Source: Puia sp. (GTDB lineage: Bacteria > Bacteroidota > Bacteroidia > Chitinophagales > Chitinophagaceae). Taken from it: a stretch of DNA of 35,535 nt. Position 1 is the first letter of the stretch; every line of letters begins with the position of its first letter. A model generated the notes under the pieces. The model was not told the origin of the DNA. It did no database searches and saw only the letters and a program-made list of their open reading frames with translations. The DNA is taken from NCBI GenBank assembly GCA_036010185.1, contig DASYSV010000353.1, forward strand, positions 1-35,535, given 5' to 3'. The position numbers and the translations under genes are program-made. Shown here piece by piece: positions 7,415 to 16,638 of this stretch.

Positions 7415-9773
7415 TTCCCGCCACCGGCTTCAGCTCCTCGACTTTTGCCTTTGGTGCCAGCGCCCTGTTCACCTTTCCGGCGGTGACGGATTCGGCAAGC
7501 CGGAAGGTCTTCGATAACCGGATGTCTTCGCTCGATGCGCCGATCTTCACGGTATATTCACCGGCTTCGGCTATCCAGGCAGACTGGCCGGTGCTGAACG
7601 AAGCCAGATCGCGCGGCAACAACGTAAACTCCAGCGTCTGCGACTCCCCGGGCTGTAGCAGCCTCGTCTTCCCGAAAGCCTTCAGTTCCTCCGCAGGCTT
7701 GTCCATCGAGTGATGCGGTGCACTTAGGTACAGCTGCACCACCTCTTTACCCGCAACCCGCCCCGTATTGGTAACGGTTACCGTCGCTCTGAGCCTGCCG
7801 GAAAAGTCAGCGCTGCTGAGCCTCAGGTCCCCATATTTATAGTCGGTATATGACAGTCCATAACCGAAGGCATAGGCCGGCTTCACATTGAACGTATTGA
7901 AATACCGGTATCCGACATAGATACCCTCTTCGTAGGTAACCTCGGCCGGTACCGATCTGCCGACGACGGACGTCGTAGCCTTCTCGGGGAACTCCTTGCC
8001 GGGGAAGTTTTTGGCGGACGGGACATCGGTGTACCGGACCGGGAAGGTCGTGGCCAGCCGCCCCGATGGGTTCACTTTTCCGCTGAGGATATCGGCGATC
8101 GCATTACCACCCTCCTGACCCGGCTGCCAAGCCAGCAGGATGGCATCCACCTCGTCGCGGAAACCCGTTACGTCGATGACGCCTCCGATATTCAGCACGG
8201 CGATCACCTTTTTATTCTTTGCATGGAAAGCAGTGCTAACCGCTGCGATCATGTCTTTTTCGGGACCGGTCAGTTCGTAGTCATCGGCGATCTTCCGGTC
8301 ATTGCCTTCCCCTGCATTTCGGCCTATATAAACAATTGCAAGATCCGCAGCATCCGCGCGCGGACCGATGCTGCCCGCATCGAAGACATATTCGGGTGCG
8401 TAAGGAGTCGGATTCATGATCTCCTGGATCAACGGTTTTTTGGGATGTTTCGCTGCATAGTCGGCCAGATAATCTTTATAGCGGCGCGCAAGCCCCTCAT
8501 CCACCCGATACCCGGAATTGGTCAAACCTTCGGCCAACGAGACTGCGTAAGATTTGTTCACATCTCCGCTGCCTGTTCCGCCTGCTATCAGGTCGTACCC
8601 GTGATTGCCGAACAGCGCGATGGTAGCGGAGCCGTTAGAGATGGGAAGACACTGGTTCCCATTCTTCAGCAGCACCATGCTTTCCGCAGCGGCTTCCCGC
8701 GAGATTTGGGCGTGTGCCTTCAGATCGGGCTTGTTCGAATATGCATAGCGGTTGACCGTGGGCGTGTGAACGAGGACGTTCAGGATGTGTTCCACATTCC
8801 TGTCCAGATCGGCTACCGGAAGCTTACCGCTTTTTACCGCCTCCAAAATAGTCTTCACCTGGTCGGGGTTCCCGGGCATCAGCAGATCGTTGCCTGCCTT
8901 CATCTGTGCGACAGGATCTTTTCCGCCGAACCAATCGCTCATGACGAACCCCTTGTATCCCCAGTCCTTACGAAGTACCGTGGTCAGGAGGTCGGGGCTT
9001 TCGGAGGTATAAACACCATTGATCAGGTTGTATGAGCTCATCACTGCCCAGGGGTGCGAGGCGATGATCGCGATCTCGAAATTCCGCAGATAGATCTCCC
9101 TCAGGGCGCGTTCGCTGATGATCTCATTGACGGAATTGCGATCGGTCTCCTGGTTGTTGGCGGCGAAGTGTTTGATCGTCGCACCCACTCCCTGCGACTG
9201 GATACCATTGATTATGGCCGCGGCGGTCAGCCCGGAGACCAACGGGTCTTCAGAATAATATTCGAAATTTCTTCCGCCCAGCGGATTACGATGGATGTTG
9301 GCGCCGGGACCGAGAATGAAATCGATGCCGTATGACTTGATCTCTTCACCAAAAGCGACACCCACCTTTTTCACCAGCGCCGTGTCCCAACTGGAGGCCA
9401 GTAGCGTGCCTACCGGCCAGGCGGTGGAGAAAAGACCCTCAGCCGAGTCCTGGGCGGTCATCATGAACCTGTGTATGCCCGCCGGTCCGTCGGCCATACC
9501 GACAGACGGAATTCCAAACCTTGAGACGGGAATCGTATGCCCCGAAATTGCGGCAAGTTTATCGGGCGTCGAATCGTTGGCGCGCATACGCATGCCGGGG
9601 ACGGAGAACCCCTTTCCCACCACTACTTTCACCTTTTCCTCCAGCGTCATTTGTTTCACTATATCGGATACCGGATCGTGGCCGAGTCTCGGCGGCGTCG
9701 GTTGTGCGTTCGAGGGATGGCTGCTATAGAGGATAACAGACAGCGTAAGCAGGAAGAAAGGGAGCCTTCTCAT
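7410..9773 (-). CDS. GH3 beta-glucosidase, secreted
   Basis: Signal peptide, DGPAG, GRNFEYYSEDP, IKHF, nucleophile SDWFGG, GEGNDR, YVGYRYF and C-terminal Fn3-like domain. Confidence 0.93.
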   Translation of the reverse strand: MRRLPFFLLTLSVILYSSHPSNAQPTPPRLGHDPVSDIVKQMTLEEKVKVVVGKGFSVPGMRMRANDSTPDKLAAISGHTIPVSRFGIPSVGMADGPAGIHRFMMTAQDSAEGLFSTAWPVGTLLASSWDTALVKKVGVAFGEEIKSYGIDFILGPGANIHRNPLGGRNFEYYSEDPLVSGLTAAAIINGIQSQGVGATIKHFAANNQETDRNSVNEIISERALREIYLRNFEIAIIASHPWAVMSSYNLINGVYTSESPDLLTTVLRKDWGYKGFVMSDWFGGKDPVAQMKAGNDLLMPGNPDQVKTILEAVKSGKLPVADLDRNVEHILNVLVHTPTVNRYAYSNKPDLKAHAQISREAAAESMVLLKNGNQCLPISNGSATIALFGNHGYDLIAGGTGSGDVNKSYAVSLAEGLTNSGYRVDEGLARRYKDYLADYAAKHPKKPLIQEIMNPTPYAPEYVFDAGSIGPRADAADLAIVYIGRNAGEGNDRKIADDYELTGPEKDMIAAVSTAFHAKNKKVIAVLNIGGVIDVTGFRDEVDAILLAWQPGQEGGNAIADILSGKVNPSGRLATTFPVRYTDVPSAKNFPGKEFPEKATTSVVGRSVPAEVTYEEGIYVGYRYFNTFNVKPAYAFGYGLSYTDYKYGDLRLSSADFSGRLRATVTVTNTGRVAGKEVVQLYLSAPHHSMDKPAEELKAFGKTRLLQPGESQTLEFTLLPRDLASFSTGQSAWIAEAGEYTVKIGASSEDIRLSKTFRLAESVTAGKVNRALAPKAKVEELKPVAGR

Positions 9774-9790
9774 ATCAATTGGTATTTATT

Positions 9791-9811
9791 ATTCCGTATT
9801 TTTGACGGAAT
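9791..9811. promoter_or_regulatory. NrtR-family operator (21-bp palindrome, GT-N7-AC)
   Basis: attccGT-atttttg-ACggaat with perfect 7-bp arms, between divergent GH3 and Nudix-regulator genes. Confidence 0.75.
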
Positions 9812-9857
9812 GAAGGTATGGGAAGTTTTTTGAATAACCAAACCTTTAAATTCGCCT

Positions 9858-10631
9858 ATGGCAGATACATTGATAGACGACATATTCACGCATGAGCGGG
9901 ACTACCTGCACAACGTAAGCATAGACAACGTGATCTTCGGTTACCACGGGAAGGAACTGAAGGTCCTGCTTCAGCAGCCTTTCGGCGCCGGAAAGTGGAC
10001 GGTCACCGGTGGCTACATCCGGAGAACGGAATCTATCGAAGCGGCGGCCGCCAGGATCGCCACGGCCAGGACAGGATTGAAGGATCTTTTTCTTCAGCAA
10101 TTCCGGGCTTTTGGCAATCCCCGGCGAACAGCCGAAAATGGATTTACTGCCGCGCAGTTGTCCAAACTTACCGGTACCGAGGTCCGGCCAAACGCCTGGA
10201 TCTTCGACTATTTCGTCTCGGTGGCTTTTTATACACTGACCGAATTCTCCAAAGTGCAAGTGACCAAATCGCCGCTCGAAGCGGACTGTGCATGGTGGCC
10301 GGTGGGCGATCTTCCACCGATGCTATTCGACCACGACCTCATCATTAAAGAAGCGCTCAACGCCATGCGCATTCATATCGCACATTTTCCCATCGGTTAC
10401 CAGTTGCTGGAGACTAAATTTACCATGCCCGAGATCAGGAGCCTCTATGAGACGATCCTTGGCCGGTCGCTGGATGACCGGAATTTCTCGAAGAAGCTCA
10501 TGGCCACCGGCATCCTCACAAAGCTGGAAGAGACCAGGAAGATAGGCGCCCATAGGTCCCCGTACCTGTACCGGTTTAACAAGACAAAATATGAAGTGGC
10601 GCTGAAGACCGGGATTGAGCTGGCTTTCTAG
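9858..10631 (+). CDS. NrtR/AraR-like Nudix-related transcriptional regulator
   Basis: SIDNVIFGYH..LKVLL, degenerate Nudix box (GGYIRRTESIEAAAARI), FDH, and winged-HTH DDRNFSKK...HRSPYLYRF. Confidence 0.9.
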   Translation: MADTLIDDIFTHERDYLHNVSIDNVIFGYHGKELKVLLQQPFGAGKWTVTGGYIRRTESIEAAAARIATARTGLKDLFLQQFRAFGNPRRTAENGFTAAQLSKLTGTEVRPNAWIFDYFVSVAFYTLTEFSKVQVTKSPLEADCAWWPVGDLPPMLFDHDLIIKEALNAMRIHIAHFPIGYQLLETKFTMPEIRSLYETILGRSLDDRNFSKKLMATGILTKLEETRKIGAHRSPYLYRFNKTKYEVALKTGIELAF

Positions 10632-11479
10632 CTGCCGCCGATGTGCCGCGCCCGGAAATCCGAAGGATTTTCGCCGGTCAGCTCCTTAAAAAGCTTATTA
10701 AAATAAGAAAGGCTGTCCAACCCCACGGCATAGCAGGTCTCGCCCACCTTGTGGTTTTGCATGAGTAGGTTCTTAGCTCTCTCCACCCGGTATTGGTTCA
10801 CAAACGCCGTGAAGGTCATATTCGTCTGCCGTCTGAAGTACCTGCAAAAGGCAGGCGTCGTCAGATTCACCTTCCGCGCCACGACATTGACATCGGGACC
10901 GCGGTCATAGTGCGCGGCGATGTATTCGTACACCGAACCCATGCGGATCTTGTCTTTCAGAATGAAGCTTTGACTGTCCAGGTCGTCGTTCAGCCTCACC
11001 CACTCCCGCGAATCCGCCAGCCGCTGCAGCACTCCGATAAGACGTAACAACTGGTCCAGCGGTGTCATATCACTCATTTCTTTTATCAACCCCGCCACCT
11101 CCGCCTTCGTCTTGCCGGAAAATGCGATGCCATAGGCCGCCTCATGGAAAAGCTTCGCGATCCCGCCCAACTCGGGGGCCACCCCGATCGCAGTCCCAAG
11201 GAAATCCGTCCGCAGTTGGATGACGATCTGGTGATACTCGCTTCGAAGACGGTAGTCGAAGTTCAGATGCGGCAGATTTCCACCGATGAATACCAGGTCG
11301 TTTTGTGTATAGGTGGAGATATGCCGCCCGACATGCCGGATGCCGGCGTCCGCCTCTACATAGACCAGCTCGAATTCCGGGTGATAATGCCACAGGAACG
11401 TATTGCGCAGACGAGGCGAGAATACCTTGAAGGACTTGCCGGTCTCGAAATCAATCTTCTCTAGCTGGATGGTTTTCAT
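10628..11479 (-). CDS. AraC-family regulator with cupin sensor
   Basis: WHYHPEFEL cupin and C-terminal double HTH (AFCRYFRR...SYFNKLFK). Start taken at ATG 11479. Confidence 0.9.
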   Translation of the reverse strand: MKTIQLEKIDFETGKSFKVFSPRLRNTFLWHYHPEFELVYVEADAGIRHVGRHISTYTQNDLVFIGGNLPHLNFDYRLRSEYHQIVIQLRTDFLGTAIGVAPELGGIAKLFHEAAYGIAFSGKTKAEVAGLIKEMSDMTPLDQLLRLIGVLQRLADSREWVRLNDDLDSQSFILKDKIRMGSVYEYIAAHYDRGPDVNVVARKVNLTTPAFCRYFRRQTNMTFTAFVNQYRVERAKNLLMQNHKVGETCYAVGLDSLSYFNKLFKELTGENPSDFRARHIGGS

Positions 11480-11583
11480 TATATCTAATATACAAAAAAG
11501 GTCAATGGAGAGCAAATACTGGTCAACGAACAGGACGGCGGCCCCCATAGCCCGCCCTAGCTTTGTGGTATAAAATCGAGATT

Positions 11584-12555
11584 ATGAATATGACACCCGC
11601 TGCCGGCGCAATGACACCCACCCTCGACGCGCACAAAGAGATCCCCGGCAATCCCTCCACCGCCAAATCCAGCCGTCTCCGCCTCAACGACCGCAGCAAC
11701 GGCGAACCCCTTCGCGTCCTCACCGAAGAGGACTGGAGATTCTGGATCACCAACGGCTATATCGTCATTAAGCATGCGGTGCCCCGCGAGCAGGCACTTC
11801 GCCTCGCCGATTATCTCTGGAAGTACGAAGACAAAGACCCCAATGACAAAACCACATGGTATCGCAAACCTAATGTCGACATGCAAATGAAGGAGCTCGT
11901 CAACACCGGCATGGTAGAGATATACAACCATCAGTACCTCTGGGATAATCGTCAATATCCGACGGTCCACCAGGCCTTCGCCGATATCTGGGGAACGGAA
12001 CGCCTATGGGTGACCATCGACCGCGCCAATCTCAACTTCCCGCAGGCGCCCGGGTTCGAATACAAGGGATTCATCCATTGGGACTACGATCCCGAAACCC
12101 GGCCGCAAAATGTACAGGGGGTCCTTGCGCTGGCAGACCAGACGGACGAGAACATGGGCGGCTTTCAATGTATTCCCGATCTGTTTCGTACTTATGATAC
12201 CTGGAAGCTCACGCAACCCGAAGACCGCGATCATTACAAACCCGACACGACCGGTTTCGACATTGTCAAGGTCCCGCTCGAAGCCGGCGACCTGCTGATC
12301 TTCAACAGTCTTCAGCCGCATGGTATCCGTCCGAACCGCAGCGGGGATAAAGTCCGCATAGCACAATATATTTCGATGATGCCTGCGCAGGAGGAAAATG
12401 ATGAACTGCGCCAATGGAGGATCAATAGCTGGCAAAGCCGCGATCCGATGGAGGGTTATGCATTTCCCGGCGATCCGCTGCAGCGCGAGAAGCAAAATCC
12501 CGTGGCGACATTGTCTCCGCTCGGGGAGCGGTTGCTCGGCCTGACGCGTTGGTAG
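11584..12555 (+). CDS. phytanoyl-CoA dioxygenase (PhyH)-family Fe(II)/2OG oxygenase
   Basis: NGYIVI, HxD (HWD), AGDLLIFNS, distal H (PHG) and R (VRIAQY). TAGCTTTG promoter at 11559-11566. Confidence 0.85.
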   Translation: MNMTPAAGAMTPTLDAHKEIPGNPSTAKSSRLRLNDRSNGEPLRVLTEEDWRFWITNGYIVIKHAVPREQALRLADYLWKYEDKDPNDKTTWYRKPNVDMQMKELVNTGMVEIYNHQYLWDNRQYPTVHQAFADIWGTERLWVTIDRANLNFPQAPGFEYKGFIHWDYDPETRPQNVQGVLALADQTDENMGGFQCIPDLFRTYDTWKLTQPEDRDHYKPDTTGFDIVKVPLEAGDLLIFNSLQPHGIRPNRSGDKVRIAQYISMMPAQEENDELRQWRINSWQSRDPMEGYAFPGDPLQREKQNPVATLSPLGERLLGLTRW

Positions 12556-12601
12556 GACGGCCCGATCTATTGCGTCCCGGGCTTGAACCCCGCTGATCCG
12601 C

Positions 12602-13000
12602 TCACCGCGTCAGCTTTACGCTAACCCCTTTGCGTAACGTGTTATGCACCTCCGCGACCCCGTCGGTGGCGCGGATCAATTTCTCGATGGTCTCAGCCGC
12701 CGCATCCGAGCTTATTTTGACGTTGTAACAGAAATTATCTCCCGGCTCGCCCTCCGCACCGAAGGTGCCGGTGCATTCGACTTCCACGCCCGTGACAGGA
12801 ATATTCTTTTTCGCCGCCTCGCGATAGATATCATTGCAATAGCAGGTGGCGAGCGCCAGCAGCAATAATTCTCCGCCATTGATAGCAGACCCAAAGCCGG
12901 AAGGTTTAGTCGGAAGAGCCAGACTCTTGGCGCTGTCATTCGTCTGCACCACCACGTCCTGGCGATGATGTGTGCTGGTTAGTTTGGCGGAGATTTTCAT
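12602..13000 (-). CDS. OsmC-family protein
   Basis: NGGELLLLALATCYCND motif and typical size. Minus-strand TACATTTG promoter at 13006-13013 supports the ATG at 13000. Confidence 0.8.
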   Translation of the reverse strand: MKISAKLTSTHHRQDVVVQTNDSAKSLALPTKPSGFGSAINGGELLLLALATCYCNDIYREAAKKNIPVTGVEVECTGTFGAEGEPGDNFCYNVKISSDAAAETIEKLIRATDGVAEVHNTLRKGVSVKLTR

Positions 13001-13076
13001 GGGTTCAAATGTAAGGGATTGACGGAATCCCGCAATAATGGCTAAATTGCTTATCGCTAACCATAAAAAACATCTT

Positions 13077-13553
13077 ATGCAAAAGATCAGCACTTTCATC
13101 TGGTTCGACAACAATGCCGAGGATGCAATGAATTTCTATGTCTCCATTTTCAAAGACTCGAAAGTGATCAGGGTCGCGCGCAATCCGCCGGGAGCACCCG
13201 GGCCGGAAGGCGCCCTGCTCGTGGCATCGATCCAGCTCGAAGGACAGGAATTCATCCTGATGAATGGCGGCCCCGGACATCCGCTGACCGATGCGATCTC
13301 TTTGACGATTAATTGTGTCTCCCAGGAAGAGGTCGATCACTACTGGGACAGGCTGCTCGCGGGTGGCGGCACCCCGATCGCGTGCGGTTGGCTGAAAGAC
13401 AAATTTGGACTTCACTGGCAGGTGACGCCAACGATCCTGCCGCAACTGATCGGCGATCCGGACAAGGCTAAAGCGGGCCGGGTCATGCAGGCCATGATGA
13501 AAATGGTCAAGCTGGATATACCGACGTTGAAGGCCGCGGCGGACGCTAAATAG
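13077..13553 (+). CDS. VOC/PhnB-like (3-dmu-9_3-mt family) protein
   Basis: QKISTFIWFD, AMNFYVSIF, CGWLKDKFGLHWQV and MMKMVKLDI. Confidence 0.9.
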   Translation: MQKISTFIWFDNNAEDAMNFYVSIFKDSKVIRVARNPPGAPGPEGALLVASIQLEGQEFILMNGGPGHPLTDAISLTINCVSQEEVDHYWDRLLAGGGTPIACGWLKDKFGLHWQVTPTILPQLIGDPDKAKAGRVMQAMMKMVKLDIPTLKAAADAK

Positions 13554-13611
13554 GAATGCCGGTCATTTTTCCGGGTATCGGATCTCGGCCCTGAACCTCA
13601 CGTGGATGTGA

Positions 13612-13627
13612 CTGCAATCGATTGCAG
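13612..13627. promoter_or_regulatory. LacI-family-type operator
   Basis: Perfect 16-bp palindrome ctgcaatCGattgcag with central CG, about 45 nt upstream of GH8. Confidence 0.7.
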
Positions 13628-13671
13628 CAAATCTCTTTTATCGTATATTAGTCGACAAAATCACCCCCCGC

Positions 13672-14907
13672 ATGACCTCATTCCAATCTGCAAAAAGACT
13701 ATTGCTCTTGTTATTGGCGGGTTTCTCCGGATTGACGGCTGCCGCACAATATAGAAATGTGTTTTTGGAAGCGGGATACCGACGCTCGGATATCGACTCG
13801 AAAGTGGACAAGGTCTACCGCGACTTGTTCGAAGGTCCCAATAAAGTGTATTTCGAGGTCGGCGATTCGATGGGGTATGTGTCCGACCTGAAAAACCATG
13901 ATGCTCGTACGGAAGGACTTTCTTATGGGATGATGATCGCCGTGCAGTTGAATAAGAAGGACGTGTTCGACCGGATCTGGCGCTGGTCGAAACGCTATCT
14001 GCAACACGCTGACGGTCCACGCAAGGGCTATTTTGCCTGGAGCATCGATCCGGCAACCCTGCACAAGAACTCGGAAGGCACGGCATCCGATGGCGAGCTG
14101 TATTTCGTTACGGACCTGCTGTTCGCCTCCAACCGCTGGGGCAACCGAACGGGCATCGACTATTACCACGAAGCCAGGACGATCCTCGATGACATGTGGA
14201 AAAAGAATGGCTCCGGCGGCATTTATCCCTTTATCAATACGGCACACAGGCTGATGACCTTTACGCCCGAAGGCGATAATTATAACTGGACGGACCCCTC
14301 CTATAATTTGCCGGCATTTTTTGAGGTGTGGGCTATGTATGCCAAAGACGGTCACGAGCAATTCTATAAAGAATGCGCGGATTCGGCACGTGCGTTCCTG
14401 CACCGAGCCTGCGATCCGGTCACTGGTCTGAATGCCGATTATACCGAATTCAGCGGAGCGCCGCATTCCACCCGGTGGATGCCGCCAGGCTTCCGGTATG
14501 ACTCCTGGCGCGTGCCCATGAACATCGCGATGGACTACAACTGGTTTGGAAAGGATACGGCCTGGCAGCGGGATTATGCGAGACGTTTTCAGTCTTTCCT
14601 GCTGTCGAAAGGGCTCGATTCCTTCCCGGATCAATTCAATACCGACGGCTCGGCGCCCGCTGCCATTCTTCAGGCAGGCGGATTTAAAAAGCTAAGACAT
14701 TCGCTGGGACTGCTGGCGACCGCGGCCTCTACGACATTGATCTATAACCGGGATCACTCGTTTGAATTCGCGCGCGCCTTGTGGAATGCGAAGCTGCAAC
14801 CGTATGCGGACGGATATTTCGATCCTTATTACGATGGCTTACTATATTTGTTTGCGCTGATGCATCTCAGCGGGAAATATGGGATCATACGACCCCAGGG
14901 GCGCTAA
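13672..14907 (+). CDS. GH8 glycoside hydrolase (reducing-end xylose-releasing exo-oligoxylanase/xylanase-like), secreted
   Basis: Signal peptide, RTEGLSYGMM (general acid), ASDGE, TDPSY, YDSWR and YYDGLLY. Confidence 0.88.
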   Translation: MTSFQSAKRLLLLLLAGFSGLTAAAQYRNVFLEAGYRRSDIDSKVDKVYRDLFEGPNKVYFEVGDSMGYVSDLKNHDARTEGLSYGMMIAVQLNKKDVFDRIWRWSKRYLQHADGPRKGYFAWSIDPATLHKNSEGTASDGELYFVTDLLFASNRWGNRTGIDYYHEARTILDDMWKKNGSGGIYPFINTAHRLMTFTPEGDNYNWTDPSYNLPAFFEVWAMYAKDGHEQFYKECADSARAFLHRACDPVTGLNADYTEFSGAPHSTRWMPPGFRYDSWRVPMNIAMDYNWFGKDTAWQRDYARRFQSFLLSKGLDSFPDQFNTDGSAPAAILQAGGFKKLRHSLGLLATAASTTLIYNRDHSFEFARALWNAKLQPYADGYFDPYYDGLLYLFALMHLSGKYGIIRPQGR

Positions 14908-14915
14908 GCCTTTCA

Positions 14916-15680
14916 ATGGAATACGAAACTTATATACCGTCCGATCCGCTGAAACCATACATCCGGTCGTTTGCCATTCAGGAGACGGCGGCGGAGGCGA
15001 CATACAGGGTACTTCCCGACACCGGCATCGTCGTGGGCTTTCAGTATAAGGGTAGACTTTTCCGTATCGACGAAGGCACTCCTTCAGCCCTCGATACTTC
15101 CGGTCTTTCAGGATTGGCCGATCATGGCCGTACTTTCCGGAATCTGTCCGGCACCGGAACCATCCTGGTGTTCTTTAAAGAAGCCGGGGCCGCCGCCTTC
15201 TTCCGCCAGCCATTACACGAAGTCTTCCGCGAAAGCGTCTCCCTCGACAATTTCCTGCTACGATCGGAACTTCTTTGTCTCGAAGAGCAGCTCATCGAGG
15301 CGCCGTCGAATCCCGAAAGGATTGCAAGGCTGGAGAAGTTCTTCATCGGCCGGATGTCCCGTACAGAGCCGGATAAGCTGGTGCTTGCCGCGCTGGCCCT
15401 CATTCACCAGACCAGGGGCAATATCCGGATCAGGGACCTCGCCGTGCAGCTGCATACCAGCCAGAGTCCGCTGGAAAAACGATTCCGGGCGGCCGTAGGC
15501 GCCTCTCCGAAAAAATTCGCGTCGATCGTCCGGCTGAAGAATGTCCTGCAGCAATATTCCGCGACTAATAGCCTCACCGAGCTGGGTTACGAGGCCGGCT
15601 TCTATGATCAGGCCCACTTCATTAAAGAGTTCAAGGCCCTCACAGGTGACACACCCGAGGATTTTTTCAAAAAGGAATAG
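14916..15680 (+). CDS. AraC-family regulator (DUF6597-type N-terminus)
   Basis: PSDPLKPYI, VLPDTG and C-terminal GFYDQAHFIKEFKALTGDTP. Start taken at ATG 14916. Confidence 0.9.
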   Translation: MEYETYIPSDPLKPYIRSFAIQETAAEATYRVLPDTGIVVGFQYKGRLFRIDEGTPSALDTSGLSGLADHGRTFRNLSGTGTILVFFKEAGAAAFFRQPLHEVFRESVSLDNFLLRSELLCLEEQLIEAPSNPERIARLEKFFIGRMSRTEPDKLVLAALALIHQTRGNIRIRDLAVQLHTSQSPLEKRFRAAVGASPKKFASIVRLKNVLQQYSATNSLTELGYEAGFYDQAHFIKEFKALTGDTPEDFFKKE

Positions 15681-15763
15681 GAAACCATTCCGCAGCCAAC
15701 CGACAATCTTCCGCAGCCAACCCGAAACCATTTCACACGCAACCCCAAATCTTTCGCACACGC
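15681..15763. repeat. degenerate 21-23 bp tandem repeat (about 4 units)
   Basis: gaaaccattccgcagccaacc / gacaatcttccgcagccaaccc / gaaaccatttcacacgcaacccc / aaatctttcgcacacgc. Confidence 0.7.
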
Positions 15764-15835
15764 TAACAAAACGATTTTTTACAATTCCGACCGCCGGCGT
15801 CGCGCCATCTTTGTCCTAACATAAAATTTTTACCA

Positions 15836-16504
15836 ATGCGACGGATGAAGACCTACGATGTTCCTCACAAAGGCCTGCGGAATGGCCTCTCCCAACTAGC
15901 CCTGATGGCCGGCCGGACCGATTATTCCAACCCGATGGAGGTGACGCAGCTGCACCAGCTCGGAGCCCGCCTTTTCAGTATTCTCACGATCCACGCCGAA
16001 GATGAGAATGCCGTCACCCTCGCTCATCTCGAGACCCGCTGTCCCGGCAGTACCCGGCATGATCTCGATGACCACGAAGAGATCCATCGGACCCAGCAAC
16101 AACTCGAAAAGCAGCTCGACGCCATCCATGCCGGCGCCCGGGACGGGAAAGACATGACCGAAGCCGGCGCGGAATTCTACCTGGCGTTCACCGAATTTCA
16201 AAGTGAATATCTCGGGCATACCGCGGAAGAAGAGCGTGTGACCCAGCCGCTGCTTTGGCAGTATTTTACGGATGAAGAGCTGGCCGCACACCGCGGACAG
16301 ATCATGGCCAGGAATCCGCCCCGGACCCTGCTCACCTGGTTCGAATTCGTCTTCCCCGCCCAAAGCCATGCAGAGAGGGTAGGGCTTCTCACCGGGTTCC
16401 GAAAAATGGCCCCGGCGGGATTCTTTGCCGAAGCGATGGAGGTGATCCGAAAAGCCCTTTCCCCTTCGGAGTTCGGACGGCTGGAGGATGCGCTGGCAAT
16501 TTGA
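15836..16504 (+). CDS. hemerythrin-like domain protein
   Basis: Helical H/E ligand pattern HKGLR, HAEDE, DHEE and HTAEEE. Confidence 0.8.
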   Translation: MRRMKTYDVPHKGLRNGLSQLALMAGRTDYSNPMEVTQLHQLGARLFSILTIHAEDENAVTLAHLETRCPGSTRHDLDDHEEIHRTQQQLEKQLDAIHAGARDGKDMTEAGAEFYLAFTEFQSEYLGHTAEEERVTQPLLWQYFTDEELAAHRGQIMARNPPRTLLTWFEFVFPAQSHAERVGLLTGFRKMAPAGFFAEAMEVIRKALSPSEFGRLEDALAI

Positions 16505-16518
16505 TGCTGGGCCCGAGG

Positions 16519-16588
16519 CGTCTGAAGACCACTCCCAACCCGCGACCGGCAGCCGTCTGAAGACCACTCCCAACACGCGACCCGCAGC
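16519..16588. repeat. 35-bp tandem duplication
   Basis: cgtctgaagaccactcccaac(c/a)cgcgacc(g/c)gcagc starts at 16519 and 16554. Confidence 0.9.
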
Positions 16589-16609
16589 CGGGCCATTGCC
16601 CGGTTTTTT
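16588..16609 (+). terminator. intrinsic terminator
   Basis: ccgggc-catt-gcccgg-tttttt. Confidence 0.7.
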
Positions 16610-16638
16610 GGCGTATATTCATTAAATATTATCTAAAT

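Noticed and set aside
7228-7713. ORFs 7228..7713 and 7242..7517 with repeated peptides
   Set aside because: They are translations of the 53-bp repeat plus GH3 antisense, and the repeat period is not a multiple of 3.
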